Assembly: GCA_048882485.1 (NCBI GenBank)
Contig: JBHLRP010000011.1
Coordinates: forward strand, 1 to 64,000
Direction: 5' to 3'
Source of the DNA: Candidatus Thorarchaeota archaeon
GTDB taxonomy: Archaea > Asgardarchaeota > Thorarchaeia > Thorarchaeales > Thorarchaeaceae
Length of the DNA: 64,000 bases
Under the pieces are notes generated by a model. It had not been told where the DNA came from. It searched no databases and was given only the letters and a program-made list of their open reading frames with translations. Made by a program: the position numbers and the translations under genes. Below are positions 47,796 through 57,234 of the stretch, in pieces (position 1 is the stretch's first letter; the number at the start of each line of letters is the position of its first letter).

Positions 47796-48518
47796 TTAAA
47801 CGACAATCTTGATTGCCCCTTTCTTCTTATCCACCCAATCTGCAAGTCCTTTCTCTACCATTATTAGGAGTATCTGATGAAGGTCCTTCTCTGGCAGTCT
47901 AGCGAAGCTATACTCCTCTTCCTGAATGACTATTGATTTGACATCTAGTCTAACCTTTCCTGACTTCAAAGCCCATTCATAGATAATGTCCGCCCATTCC
48001 TCAAGGAATCTCCAGTAGACTCGCAATTGTCTTCGGTTTCTATCCAACCATTCTGCAATTTCTTTCTCAACAAGCACATTGCCAATTAACTTGAAAGAAT
48101 CAATCTTATTCGTAATATCGTTGAAGGGGGGCTCCTTGATGAAGGCGGTCACGGATAGGACATGAACATCATGAGCTTCCATCCATCTAAGAACGAAATC
48201 AGACCACTCTTCAGCCCACATGTTTCTGTCTTCTTCTCGAGGAGGTATACCATACATCCACTCCGTCTGTGTAAGATCTCCCCAGGGAGGCATGATGACA
48301 ACTTCTTCCGTTTCGACTAAAACCTCCTCGGCTTCTACAGTTTCTTCGACAGCAGTGTCTGTTTCCACTTGCGTAATAACAACTTCTGGCTTGTGGATTT
48401 CCTCTGCTTCTTCAATCTCTTCGACAGGAATTACTTCATCTACAGTGGGTTCTGCTGTTGAGGTTTCTGACGTAGTCTCTTCCTTCTCCTTCTCCCTACG
48501 TCTTTCTCTGACACCCAC
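47796..48518 (-). CDS. ESCRT-II Vps25-like protein with acidic N-terminal extension
   Basis: W..EWSDFVL.W, LVEK..AEWLD, VYWR..EEWADIIYEW, L..MVEKGLA; downstream of vps4. Confidence 0.8.
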   Translation of the reverse strand: MGVRERRREKEKEETTSETSTAEPTVDEVIPVEEIEEAEEIHKPEVVITQVETDTAVEETVEAEEVLVETEEVVIMPPWGDLTQTEWMYGIPPREEDRNMWAEEWSDFVLRWMEAHDVHVLSVTAFIKEPPFNDITNKIDSFKLIGNVLVEKEIAEWLDRNRRQLRVYWRFLEEWADIIYEWALKSGKVRLDVKSIVIQEEEYSFARLPEKDLHQILLIMVEKGLADWVDKKKGAIKIVV

Positions 48519-48521
48519 TCC

Positions 48522-49745
48522 CTAGGAACCCTCCGCCCAATCGATATACCTCTTAACATCCTCTGGAGAAGTTGCTGGCCTTATGTTCTCAATCGCCTGC
48601 AGGAAATCCTCTCTGGATACAGGTCGAATATTAATGATCTTTTCTTCATCATCCATTCTTCCAGTACGCTGTAGGTCCCTTATTGGCTCCATGGCTGCTT
48701 CTCTACAGACGACACTTATATCGCGTCCACTATAGCCCTCACTGAGGTCCGCAAGCTCCTCATAGTTGACTTCGGGAGCGACTTCTATCTCTTCCATGTG
48801 GATCTCGAAGATTCGCTTTCTAGCTGGCTTATCTGGGAGGGGCACGTGAATCTTCTTCTCAAACCTTGACCGAAGAGCGAAATCCAATTCCCATGGTAGA
48901 TTTGTTGCACCAATAACTGTGACCCTATCTTCAAGATCACTGGCGAGTCCCTGCAGCTCTGTTAGAAGCTGAGTCTTGAGTCTTCTTTCTCCTCCAACAT
49001 CATCACCTGACCTAGAAACTCCGACAGAATCCAGCTCGTCCATGAAGACTATGGCAGGCTGATTTCGTCTGGCCAACGTGAAGAGATTCATGACTAGTTT
49101 CTCAGACTCACCAAGCCACTTGCTCACAATGTTGCCTGCTGAAACGTTGAAGAAAGTGGCATTCACCTCGGATGCCACTGCTTTTGCGATCAATGTCTTT
49201 CCACATCCCGCAGGACCGTAGAACAATATTCCTCTCCAAGGCTGACGAGACTTCCCTTTGAAGAGCTCTGGATGCTTCATTGGCGCAATAATCGCATCAT
49301 GAATTGCCTGCTTGGCATTCTCCAAGCCTGCAACGTCGCTCATCTTGACCTTAGGTTTCTCAGTGATGATTGTGTCAGCTATCATCTCCTGCAGTCTTCG
49401 GGTATCTTCATCAACCTCAGCTTCAGAAGCTGTTGCTTCCGTAGACTTTTCCGCTGTTGGCTCTGCTTCAGCAGGAGAAAACACTGGCGGCGTTGTCAAA
49501 CCATCTGGAGGGCCTCTCGCCTTCTTCTTTATTCCAGAGATATAGCGGACTCTGTCAACACACTCTTGTGCCCTGTCAAGGTAATGTTTCTGGACTGAGG
49601 GCAGAGATGCTGCATTTGACAGTTTGATCAGAATTTTGCTTGCTTTCAGATAGTACTGAGCAGCTTCCTTCTTCATTCCTCTCTGGTCAAGCTCTATGGC
49701 CTTGTCAAGTAGGTTTTTCAAGCCCTGGTCTAATCTATCAGACAT
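48522..49745 (-). CDS. vps4: Vps4-like AAA+ ATPase with N-terminal MIT domain
   Basis: MIT AIELD..G...EA..YY; DVAGLE.AK, PWRGILFYGPAGCGKT, SKWLGESEKLV, DELD, GATN.PW.LD, GYSG.DI, MEPIR. Confidence 0.92.
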   Translation of the reverse strand: MSDRLDQGLKNLLDKAIELDQRGMKKEAAQYYLKASKILIKLSNAASLPSVQKHYLDRAQECVDRVRYISGIKKKARGPPDGLTTPPVFSPAEAEPTAEKSTEATASEAEVDEDTRRLQEMIADTIITEKPKVKMSDVAGLENAKQAIHDAIIAPMKHPELFKGKSRQPWRGILFYGPAGCGKTLIAKAVASEVNATFFNVSAGNIVSKWLGESEKLVMNLFTLARRNQPAIVFMDELDSVGVSRSGDDVGGERRLKTQLLTELQGLASDLEDRVTVIGATNLPWELDFALRSRFEKKIHVPLPDKPARKRIFEIHMEEIEVAPEVNYEELADLSEGYSGRDISVVCREAAMEPIRDLQRTGRMDDEEKIINIRPVSREDFLQAIENIRPATSPEDVKRYIDWAEGS

Positions 49746-49905
49746 CCCTGTTCAGGTCTAACTGGAACCCGTGATGATAATAAGTTCTGTGTGACTATCA
49801 CTATATGCCGCTAATACTGGGATTGATAGATACTGTACACCAGCTCTACGAAGGTTTAAACGCTGAACATTCATCCTAGTGTTGTAGGGCGAAATCCCTA
49901 GCTAA

Positions 49906-50529
49906 GTGGTGAGACTTTTGGATTCACTCAGAAAGGCATTCAGATGGGGTCGGAAAAAACCCGACATTGGAGAGGTTTCCAGCCAACTCAGAATTCTAAC
50001 GAAACAACTTGCCCGTGAGAGAAACAAGTTGGAGAAGGAAGAACGTGATACAAGGGCGCGAGCTATCAAGGCTCGCCAAGCTGGACAAATGGATGCCTTC
50101 AAGACCTATGCAACTGAGATGGTACGTTTCAGAAGATATGCGCTCTCTACAGACAAGGCACGGCTTCAGATTCTCAAAATCCTTACCCATCTCAATCGTG
50201 CACAGACATCGGCAAGAACAGGCCGCGCACTCGAGGAGGTGGCAAAGATCCTCGGAATGCTTGGCGATACAAGTGACACCCGCAGGCTTGTTGAGAATGT
50301 TGATGAGATTACTCGTCGACTAGACGAATTCGAGATTGAGAGCGCTATATCTGCAGAGGCGCTTGATGCAAGCATGGAAGTCAGTTCAGATGATTTAGCT
50401 GCAGCTATGCAGGAGATAGATGTGGAAGTCGGATTAGCTGATGCAGCATCCGTGGCAGCTAGGCCTGCGTCTGAATCGGAAACTCTTGAGAAAGACATTA
50501 AGGATTTGGAGCGTGAACTGGGCATCTAG
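49906..50529 (+). CDS. ESCRT-III (Snf7-domain) protein, Vps2/24/46 (CHMP1-3)-like
   Basis: Basic helical N-half QL.R...KLEKEE......KA...GQMDA.K.YA.E.VR.R, acidic C-half, amphipathic C-terminal MIM-like helix; divergent from vps4. Confidence 0.85.
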   Translation: MVRLLDSLRKAFRWGRKKPDIGEVSSQLRILTKQLARERNKLEKEERDTRARAIKARQAGQMDAFKTYATEMVRFRRYALSTDKARLQILKILTHLNRAQTSARTGRALEEVAKILGMLGDTSDTRRLVENVDEITRRLDEFEIESAISAEALDASMEVSSDDLAAAMQEIDVEVGLADAASVAARPASESETLEKDIKDLERELGI

Positions 50530-52101
50530 TTACCATCTGTACCCATGACCATGCCTTGTTGCACGCTCGATTTCACGATTGGTCTGATATGAGTCGCGCA
50601 TGAGACCCCGATATCTTCTGATGAAGTCTTCAGGGACCAAGTGTCCGTTTCTCATTAGATGTAGAGTTTCGTTAATCGCATTTTGAATCTCTAGTGCGTT
50701 TCTCCTGAGATATTCCATATCAGATTCGGCAGTTGTATACGAAGGGTCTCGATAGTACCCTCGTCCATAGTCCGTGCGTCCAAGAGTGTCCTCAAGATGC
50801 TCCTTGAACGCTTTAGGATGGTCATAAGGATTCTCAATTCGCCCATATCTTGATGGAGCTGGTCGTGGCTGATAGAATTCAGTTCTCCTAGGATATCCTC
50901 GCTGTACTTCTGAGGCATTTCCAGTTGCGGAGAGCAATGAGTATACCAATCCCTCTATCTTGAGTCTGACATCGCTAATGTTGAGGTTCTTCTGCTCGAT
51001 TTTTCGAACTCTCTGAAGATCACTCTGCATATACTTCTCAAACTTCCTCGCAATCTCAAAATAATCTGGCATGACCTTTTTTGTTTCCTCGCTGCAGGAG
51101 ATCTTCAAATCGCCCTGTTTTAGTCGCAATACAATTCTCTTGCGAAGTCGACCATCTTCTTCGATATCTTTCAAATACATCAGTGGAAACTGGAATACAA
51201 TCTCAGTCTTCTTGCGTAATCTTCCTGTCTCAGCTACTAGGAATAGCCTCTTGTTTGTGATGAAGAGTGTGCCGTAGGCTTTGTCATTTTTCAAGAAGTT
51301 GCTACCTACAACCTTGATGTCCGGCAGAGCAGCTACAGGCAATTCATTAACAGATAGCTCGCCATGTTCATAGAACTCTGCGAATTCCTGCCTATGATAG
51401 CTCAGACCATCAAGTTGCGCCATTACTTCCTGCAGTCTTGGTCTGACCTCATGAAGGCTATCATCGACATGTTGCTTGTAGTACGTGCCGAGCTCTGATA
51501 CTCTATTTCTGACACCTTCAATGAAGGGGAACTGAGCAGGAGTCCACTTGCTATAGTCAATGAGGCCTTTTGTTTCAGCAGCGATTTGCTTTGCTACTAT
51601 CTCAGCTTGATTTCCAATTCGGCTCTTGATTGCAGGCATCTCATCCTGCACTGACTCGACTTTTTCCTCTATCCAATGATAATGTAGGAAGTTAGCCATC
51701 CTGAGAGATACAAGCGTTCTTTTGGCATTATCAAGCTTGGTCATGAACTCTCGCAATTTGGTATGGCCGTACTGAATGCTCATGATGGCTTGCCTAAGCT
51801 CTTGAGCCAGAGTTCGTCGTTTCTCTTCCAATAGGATTATGCGACTTGAGTGGCATCGAGGACAAATGTCAGCTGTGCGTCTACCTGTGTCAATGTTCTC
51901 AGATTCACACTCAGGACAGCTTTCTATCTCTTCGCCCTGTAACGTTGTCAATGTTGCGTGACACTCACGGCACATGTGATACTCTTTGGTTCTTGAGTCA
52001 AGGCACTCTGAGCATAGCACAGTCCCACAATCTTCACACAAGTGACTGGCTCTGTTTCTTTGACAGACAGGACAGCGATGAGATGAGGAGTCTAGTGTCA
52101 A
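50530..52101 (-). CDS. B-box/Zn-finger + coiled-coil + PH/GRAM-like + Vps23/37 steadiness-box-like protein
   Basis: CPVC..HLCEDC...LCSEC, CREC/CPEC/CPRC; GTLFITNKRLFL; AINETLHLMRNGHLVPEDFIRRYRGL. Confidence 0.65.
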   Translation of the reverse strand: MTLDSSSHRCPVCQRNRASHLCEDCGTVLCSECLDSRTKEYHMCRECHATLTTLQGEEIESCPECESENIDTGRRTADICPRCHSSRIILLEEKRRTLAQELRQAIMSIQYGHTKLREFMTKLDNAKRTLVSLRMANFLHYHWIEEKVESVQDEMPAIKSRIGNQAEIVAKQIAAETKGLIDYSKWTPAQFPFIEGVRNRVSELGTYYKQHVDDSLHEVRPRLQEVMAQLDGLSYHRQEFAEFYEHGELSVNELPVAALPDIKVVGSNFLKNDKAYGTLFITNKRLFLVAETGRLRKKTEIVFQFPLMYLKDIEEDGRLRKRIVLRLKQGDLKISCSEETKKVMPDYFEIARKFEKYMQSDLQRVRKIEQKNLNISDVRLKIEGLVYSLLSATGNASEVQRGYPRRTEFYQPRPAPSRYGRIENPYDHPKAFKEHLEDTLGRTDYGRGYYRDPSYTTAESDMEYLRRNALEIQNAINETLHLMRNGHLVPEDFIRRYRGLMRDSYQTNREIERATRHGHGYRW

Positions 52102-52254
52102 GTGTATACCTCCTGCAGACTATGAAGTAACACGAGGAATCTAAGAATAACCCGTGTATCACTCGGGTATTAGTTACATAGAGTTTTACCCGTTCAGTTT
52201 GACCAGTCCATATCAGTTATAATAGATTGAACATCTGCAAAAACCTGTCAGGAG

Positions 52255-53646
52255 ATGCTTATGGAAGACATAGCTCAGGCTGCAATTGAGGCGGCTATCA
52301 ATACTGGAGCAACATTTGCTGATGTGCGAATAGAGAACACAGTCACCACGATCATTGAAATGACTGATGGCGTTACAAAAAGGTCCATGGCCTCACGGCT
52401 GAAGGGAGCTGGGATTCGAGCATTCATTGATGGCGCTTGGGCCTTTGCTCAGACAACTGACCTTACCACCAAGGGTATGCGTGAAACAGGTGAATCAGTG
52501 GCAAAGCTAGCGTTGGCCACTAGGGCCAAAGTCAATGAGAAGTTTGAGATGGATGGGCCTACCTTCAATGATAGGGTTAGAGTCAAGCTTAAGAAGCCCT
52601 TCAAGGACATTCCGGTTGAGGACAAGATTGAGTATATCAAGAGAATTGATGAGCAGCCTCGTGCCTTTGACAAAAGGATTGTCAACACACGCTCTATATA
52701 TGGTGACCTCTGGACTGAGCTATATGTCGCAAATTCCTTGGGGACAACCGTGAGCGAGGAAAATACTCTTCCTAGAGTAATCTCTGTTTCAACTGCCAAA
52801 GATGGTGCTAACAGGCAACGAGCGTTCAAGTCCTACGGGGTCAAGGGCGGTTTTGAAATGATGGAGCTAGAACGGCCGCAGACCATCGGTGAAGAATCTG
52901 CAAAGACGGCAATCGATCTACTCTCATCCGTAGCTGCAAAGGGAGGCACGTACGATGTCATCATGGACCCCGTCCTAAATGGCGTAATGGTCCATGAGGC
53001 ATTTGGTCATGCCTGCGAAGCAGACAACTGGCCAGCTCACACAACAGTTCTCGAGGATAAGGTTGGAGAATGTGTGGGCCCTGATCACCTTAATCTGAGC
53101 GACGACCCTACTATGCGCGGAGAGCGGGGGTCGTTTGAATATGACTGGGAGGGCACAAAGACGAAGAAGAGACCCCTTGTCAAGGATGGCGTTCTCACCG
53201 AGCTTCTGCATACTCTTGAAACCGCAGTCCGTCTCGACATGCAACCAAATGGGGCTGCAAGAGCACAGTCATTCATGTATCCCCCGTTGGCCAGGATGTC
53301 AAACACCATCATGGAGCCAGGTGACTGGGACATCAACGAGCTGATTTCAGACACAAAGGAAGGTGTCTTGCTCTGTAGCTTCAACTATGGATATACAGAT
53401 CCCTCAAAAGGACAATTCATGTTCCAAGCCAGTCATGGCTATCTAATTGAGAATGGAGATCTTGGCCAAATGGTCCGCGATGTTTCTCTTGCTGGGCAGA
53501 TTCTTGATGTATTGGCCAAGATAGATGCAGTCGGCAATGACTTCCACATGGATGCAGGGACTTGCGGGAAGAACGGGCAGATGGTGCCTGACATGAGTGG
53601 AGGCCCTCATGCCAGAATTCGTAGTATTCCTGTAGGAGGGATGTAG
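52255..53646 (+). CDS. tldD: TldD-family metalloprotease
   Basis: ADVRIE, GIRA, HEAFGHACEAD, DDPT, DWEG, RMSNT, CGK.GQ. Confidence 0.92.
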   Translation: MLMEDIAQAAIEAAINTGATFADVRIENTVTTIIEMTDGVTKRSMASRLKGAGIRAFIDGAWAFAQTTDLTTKGMRETGESVAKLALATRAKVNEKFEMDGPTFNDRVRVKLKKPFKDIPVEDKIEYIKRIDEQPRAFDKRIVNTRSIYGDLWTELYVANSLGTTVSEENTLPRVISVSTAKDGANRQRAFKSYGVKGGFEMMELERPQTIGEESAKTAIDLLSSVAAKGGTYDVIMDPVLNGVMVHEAFGHACEADNWPAHTTVLEDKVGECVGPDHLNLSDDPTMRGERGSFEYDWEGTKTKKRPLVKDGVLTELLHTLETAVRLDMQPNGAARAQSFMYPPLARMSNTIMEPGDWDINELISDTKEGVLLCSFNYGYTDPSKGQFMFQASHGYLIENGDLGQMVRDVSLAGQILDVLAKIDAVGNDFHMDAGTCGKNGQMVPDMSGGPHARIRSIPVGGM

Positions 53647-53647
53647 A

Positions 53648-54997
53648 GTGAAGGAAACGCTTCTAGATATAGCAGAAAAGGCAGCTAAGAAGGCTGAATC
53701 ATTTGGTGCCGACCAGGTGGAAGTTTACTCGTCGTCATCCCGCACCTTCTCCATTGATGTAGAGAACAATTCAATCAAGAGTGCCTCAGAGCAACGAGAC
53801 ACGGGCTGCGGAATTCGATCAGTTGTTGGACAAAAGGTGGGGTTCGCTTATGCTACAACTGTTTTGGAACCTGACCTTCTGGAGGCTGCTGAGATGTCTG
53901 TTAGACTCGCCAAAGCCTCTGTTCCTGACCCGGACTTTGTGAGCCTTCCATCATTCGATGGCAGCTATCCTGACGTAAAAGGACTCTACGATCCCGAAAT
54001 AGTCGCATTGGATTCCGAGCAAGTCGCTGAAATAATCATACGCGGAGTTGACGCCACTCGTTCCAGACTAGAGGGCATGAATGTTGCAGTTGAAGCTAAA
54101 ATGAGTTCATCAACTGGCACCAAGGTTATTGTCAATTCGCTTGGAATCAAGGGGTCCGGCGAAACGACATCAGTATGGATGTATACAGAGCCTATCATCA
54201 AAGAAGACGGTGATCAAACGTCCAGCTATGAGGTCCAGCTTTCTCGTAGCCTCAAAGGGATCGACCCCGAGTGGATAGGCAAGACGTCTGCAGAGAATGC
54301 ATTAAGCAATCTCGGCGCTAAGGTTATTGAGGGTGGTGAAATGCCCGTCGTTCTTGCTCCATTTGCCGTTGGTACCATCTTAGGGGGAGGGTTCGCTGGA
54401 GCTGTGAACGCTGAAGAAGTCCAATATGGCCGCTCATACATTGCAGATGCATTGGGCGAAGAGGTATCGACTCCACAGCTTCGAGTTATTGATGATGGCC
54501 TTATGAAATCCGGTGTGGCGTCTAGGTCATTTGATGCTGAAGGCCATCCATCTCAACGTACTGAGATTCTTGATGATGGCGTCCTAAAGAGCCTCTTGCA
54601 CAACTCCTATACTGCCAACAAGGATGGCGTCGATAGCACTGGAAATGCCAGTCGAGCAGGATATGCAGGAGTGCCTTCGATATCCTCGTCAAACTTTGTA
54701 ATTGCACCCGGAAAAGGTACACTGGATGACCTCATCGAAGACGTTGGCAAGGGAGTTCTATGCCGCTTCACTGGGGACCGGCCAAACATGACAACCGGTG
54801 ACCTCAGTGCAATGATTATGGAAGGATCATATTTCGAGAATGGAGAGATTCAGCATCCTGTCCAAAACACACTCATTGGGATAAACATGCGTGATTTGTT
54901 GAAACGTATTGAGATGGTAGCTGCAGATACTAGAGTTGCGTTCTCGATTATAAGTCCCTCAATAGTCATAAGCTCTGCACAGGTCACCTCTGGTTGA
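53648..54997 (+). CDS. pmbA: PmbA/TldE-family protein
   Basis: No HExxH; FDAEG.P, STGNA, TGDLS; follows tldD. Confidence 0.88.
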   Translation: MKETLLDIAEKAAKKAESFGADQVEVYSSSSRTFSIDVENNSIKSASEQRDTGCGIRSVVGQKVGFAYATTVLEPDLLEAAEMSVRLAKASVPDPDFVSLPSFDGSYPDVKGLYDPEIVALDSEQVAEIIIRGVDATRSRLEGMNVAVEAKMSSSTGTKVIVNSLGIKGSGETTSVWMYTEPIIKEDGDQTSSYEVQLSRSLKGIDPEWIGKTSAENALSNLGAKVIEGGEMPVVLAPFAVGTILGGGFAGAVNAEEVQYGRSYIADALGEEVSTPQLRVIDDGLMKSGVASRSFDAEGHPSQRTEILDDGVLKSLLHNSYTANKDGVDSTGNASRAGYAGVPSISSSNFVIAPGKGTLDDLIEDVGKGVLCRFTGDRPNMTTGDLSAMIMEGSYFENGEIQHPVQNTLIGINMRDLLKRIEMVAADTRVAFSIISPSIVISSAQVTSG

Positions 54998-56911
54998 TTA
55001 CATTCGTTCGACAACAGGGATTCCAAGAATCCCCAGGCAGTTCACCATCGTAGTCTTGAATGCCTTCACTAGCTCGAGCCTGGCATTTCTGAAATCTGGC
55101 TCTGCTTTAAGCACTGGGCAAGAATCATAGAATCTGCTGAAAAGAGTTGCCAACTCATAGCAGTATGCAGCAATTCTGTTGGAACTAAATCCTGTTCCCC
55201 AGGTTTCTTTCTTCAGACTTCTCACCACTTCAAGAATCATATCTGGGAAGCGTGAGATGGCTTTGACGAGCGCAAACTCCGCCTCCTCTACCAACAGTTT
55301 TGGATCGGCTTTTGAAGCATCTACTTCATCTGCTCTCTCTAATATTCTCTGCGCTCTTGCAATAGAGTATTGCAGATATGGAGCTGCATCTCCGTTGAAG
55401 TCTAATGCATCGTCCCATCTAAAGGTGATTTTTCTGTCCGGTGACGATTTCAGCAGCAAGTATCGAACAGAACCTGTTCCTACCTTAGCAGCCACATCAT
55501 TTTTGAAATCCTCAGACTCCTCAGGATTTCGTTTTTCAACCTCCTTTCTGGCTAGAGCCTCTGCCTTGTCGAGTACCTCGTCGCATGAATATCCTATCCA
55601 CGTGCCCTCCCTGCCTGAGAAGTCCTCATCTTCAAGTCCAACAAACTCGTAGGCGATATGATGTGAGTTACTACTCTGATCATTATATCCTAGGAGTCTA
55701 AGCACCGTGTAGACCAATCGTTGCGGCTGAGATTGTTCTGATCCAATTATGTTAAAGACAAGATCCACAGTACCAAGGTCTCTCTCGGTTCCATCTACAG
55801 CAGTTCTATACACGGTTTCGCCGTTTGGCTGATACTCAAACTCTTTGTATAGGAATGGGTCTTCTATTATCCCGAACTTCCACATCTGTGTGGCTACATC
55901 TGCGCCAGTGTAAGTCCTAGTTCCATCTGATCTGAAGAGGACCTTCAATGGATCCTTCATGTCCTTGAACTCTTCAATTGTCCTGAGGTCAGCTACTACA
56001 CATCCTGCCTTCTCACCGCTTTCAGGGATGAAGATGTTCTCAGTTTCTAGCATCATCTTACGAGCTTGATCCAACAATCCACTGTGAGCAATTGTACTCT
56101 CCCATATCTGGTAATCATGAAAGATTCCTAGTCGATATGCAGTCTGACACTGTGCTCTCACGCATTCAGTGACCATCTCTTCGCTGACTCGAGCCGCTTC
56201 GCTCTCCAGGCTCTCGAGGTCACGAGCAACCGCCCGAATCTCGCCTTCTACTTTCTTGTCCTTCTCAAAAGCTTCATGCACACCAACATATAGGTGCCCT
56301 AGAAAGTGATCATATTTCTCATCTCTAGGGGAGGGTTTGTCCTTCATCAGCTTCCAAACGAGCTGGGCAATCTGCAATCCGAGGTTATTGATATAGTCAG
56401 TTCTAATCACGTCATAGCCTGCTGCCTCAAGGACATTGCCCAAGGTGTCCCCAAGAACAGCATTTCTGGTATGGCCAATGTGCCACGGTTTGGATGGATT
56501 CACCGCGGGGTACTCCATCAGAGCTCGATTGCCCTGAAATTCGTCAGACTTGCCATAGTTCTCATCTGATCGTTCAACTGTTCTGATGACAACATCAGCA
56601 AGATGCCCTCTTGACAGAAAGAGATTGATGTATGGCCCCTTTGTGTCCACTCTATCTATCAGGGGCTCCTCCTTGACGGCACTATCTAGCTTCTTCGATA
56701 TTTCTGCAGCAATCTTCGCTGGATTCTCTTTTCTTTGCTTTGCAAGGCGAAAAGATATGGTAGTTGCAATATCTCCTAGCTTGGCGTCTGGAGGAATCTC
56801 AAGGTTCTCGTGAGCTGTCACAAGAGAGACAGACGCAGACTCAGCTAGAATTCTTGCGGCTACGTTCATTACATGACTCCATGGATTATCTGTCGTCTTG
56901 TCAGTCGTCAC
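54998..56911 (-). CDS. argS: Arginyl-tRNA synthetase
   Basis: GPYIN, EYPAVNPSKPWHIGHTRN, RSDGT.TY, FSGREG, PYLQYS.AR, DALR-type C-terminus ending ERM; GTG start after GAGGA. Confidence 0.95.
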   Translation of the reverse strand: MTTDKTTDNPWSHVMNVAARILAESASVSLVTAHENLEIPPDAKLGDIATTISFRLAKQRKENPAKIAAEISKKLDSAVKEEPLIDRVDTKGPYINLFLSRGHLADVVIRTVERSDENYGKSDEFQGNRALMEYPAVNPSKPWHIGHTRNAVLGDTLGNVLEAAGYDVIRTDYINNLGLQIAQLVWKLMKDKPSPRDEKYDHFLGHLYVGVHEAFEKDKKVEGEIRAVARDLESLESEAARVSEEMVTECVRAQCQTAYRLGIFHDYQIWESTIAHSGLLDQARKMMLETENIFIPESGEKAGCVVADLRTIEEFKDMKDPLKVLFRSDGTRTYTGADVATQMWKFGIIEDPFLYKEFEYQPNGETVYRTAVDGTERDLGTVDLVFNIIGSEQSQPQRLVYTVLRLLGYNDQSSNSHHIAYEFVGLEDEDFSGREGTWIGYSCDEVLDKAEALARKEVEKRNPEESEDFKNDVAAKVGTGSVRYLLLKSSPDRKITFRWDDALDFNGDAAPYLQYSIARAQRILERADEVDASKADPKLLVEEAEFALVKAISRFPDMILEVVRSLKKETWGTGFSSNRIAAYCYELATLFSRFYDSCPVLKAEPDFRNARLELVKAFKTTMVNCLGILGIPVVERM

Positions 56912-57234
56912 AGCTGGGTTCCTCTTTGGGTGTGTCATAGATGCCCGGTGTTGACTCATAAACTAAGCGCTACTTCACAATTGTTTCACGCTGAATGATG
57001 ATTCGCCATTGAATGTTTTAGCGCCCGGGCCGGTCTTTAATTTATTCAATTATACAACTAAACATCAGCGAAAACGTGCAAAGAGTTTATAATGATTTAA
57101 TATCTGCGCATAGGTGTTCTCTCTGAGAATACCCGCGTCCCTCAAACGTGCTCCTTCACCGCCATGATTGGGGCACACAGCACAGGTATCAACAATTACT
57201 CTGACGGCAACCCTACTCCCCCGATAGGGTTTGC

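Noticed and set aside
49767-52156. Shared 8-mer AACCCGTG upstream of vps4 and of the B-box/SB gene as an ESCRT regulon motif
   Set aside because: Only two short occurrences at different distances from the starts, which is compatible with chance.
56995-57126. Box C/D sRNA (ATGATGA at ~56995)
   Set aside because: There is no suitably spaced D box (CTGA) or terminal stem.
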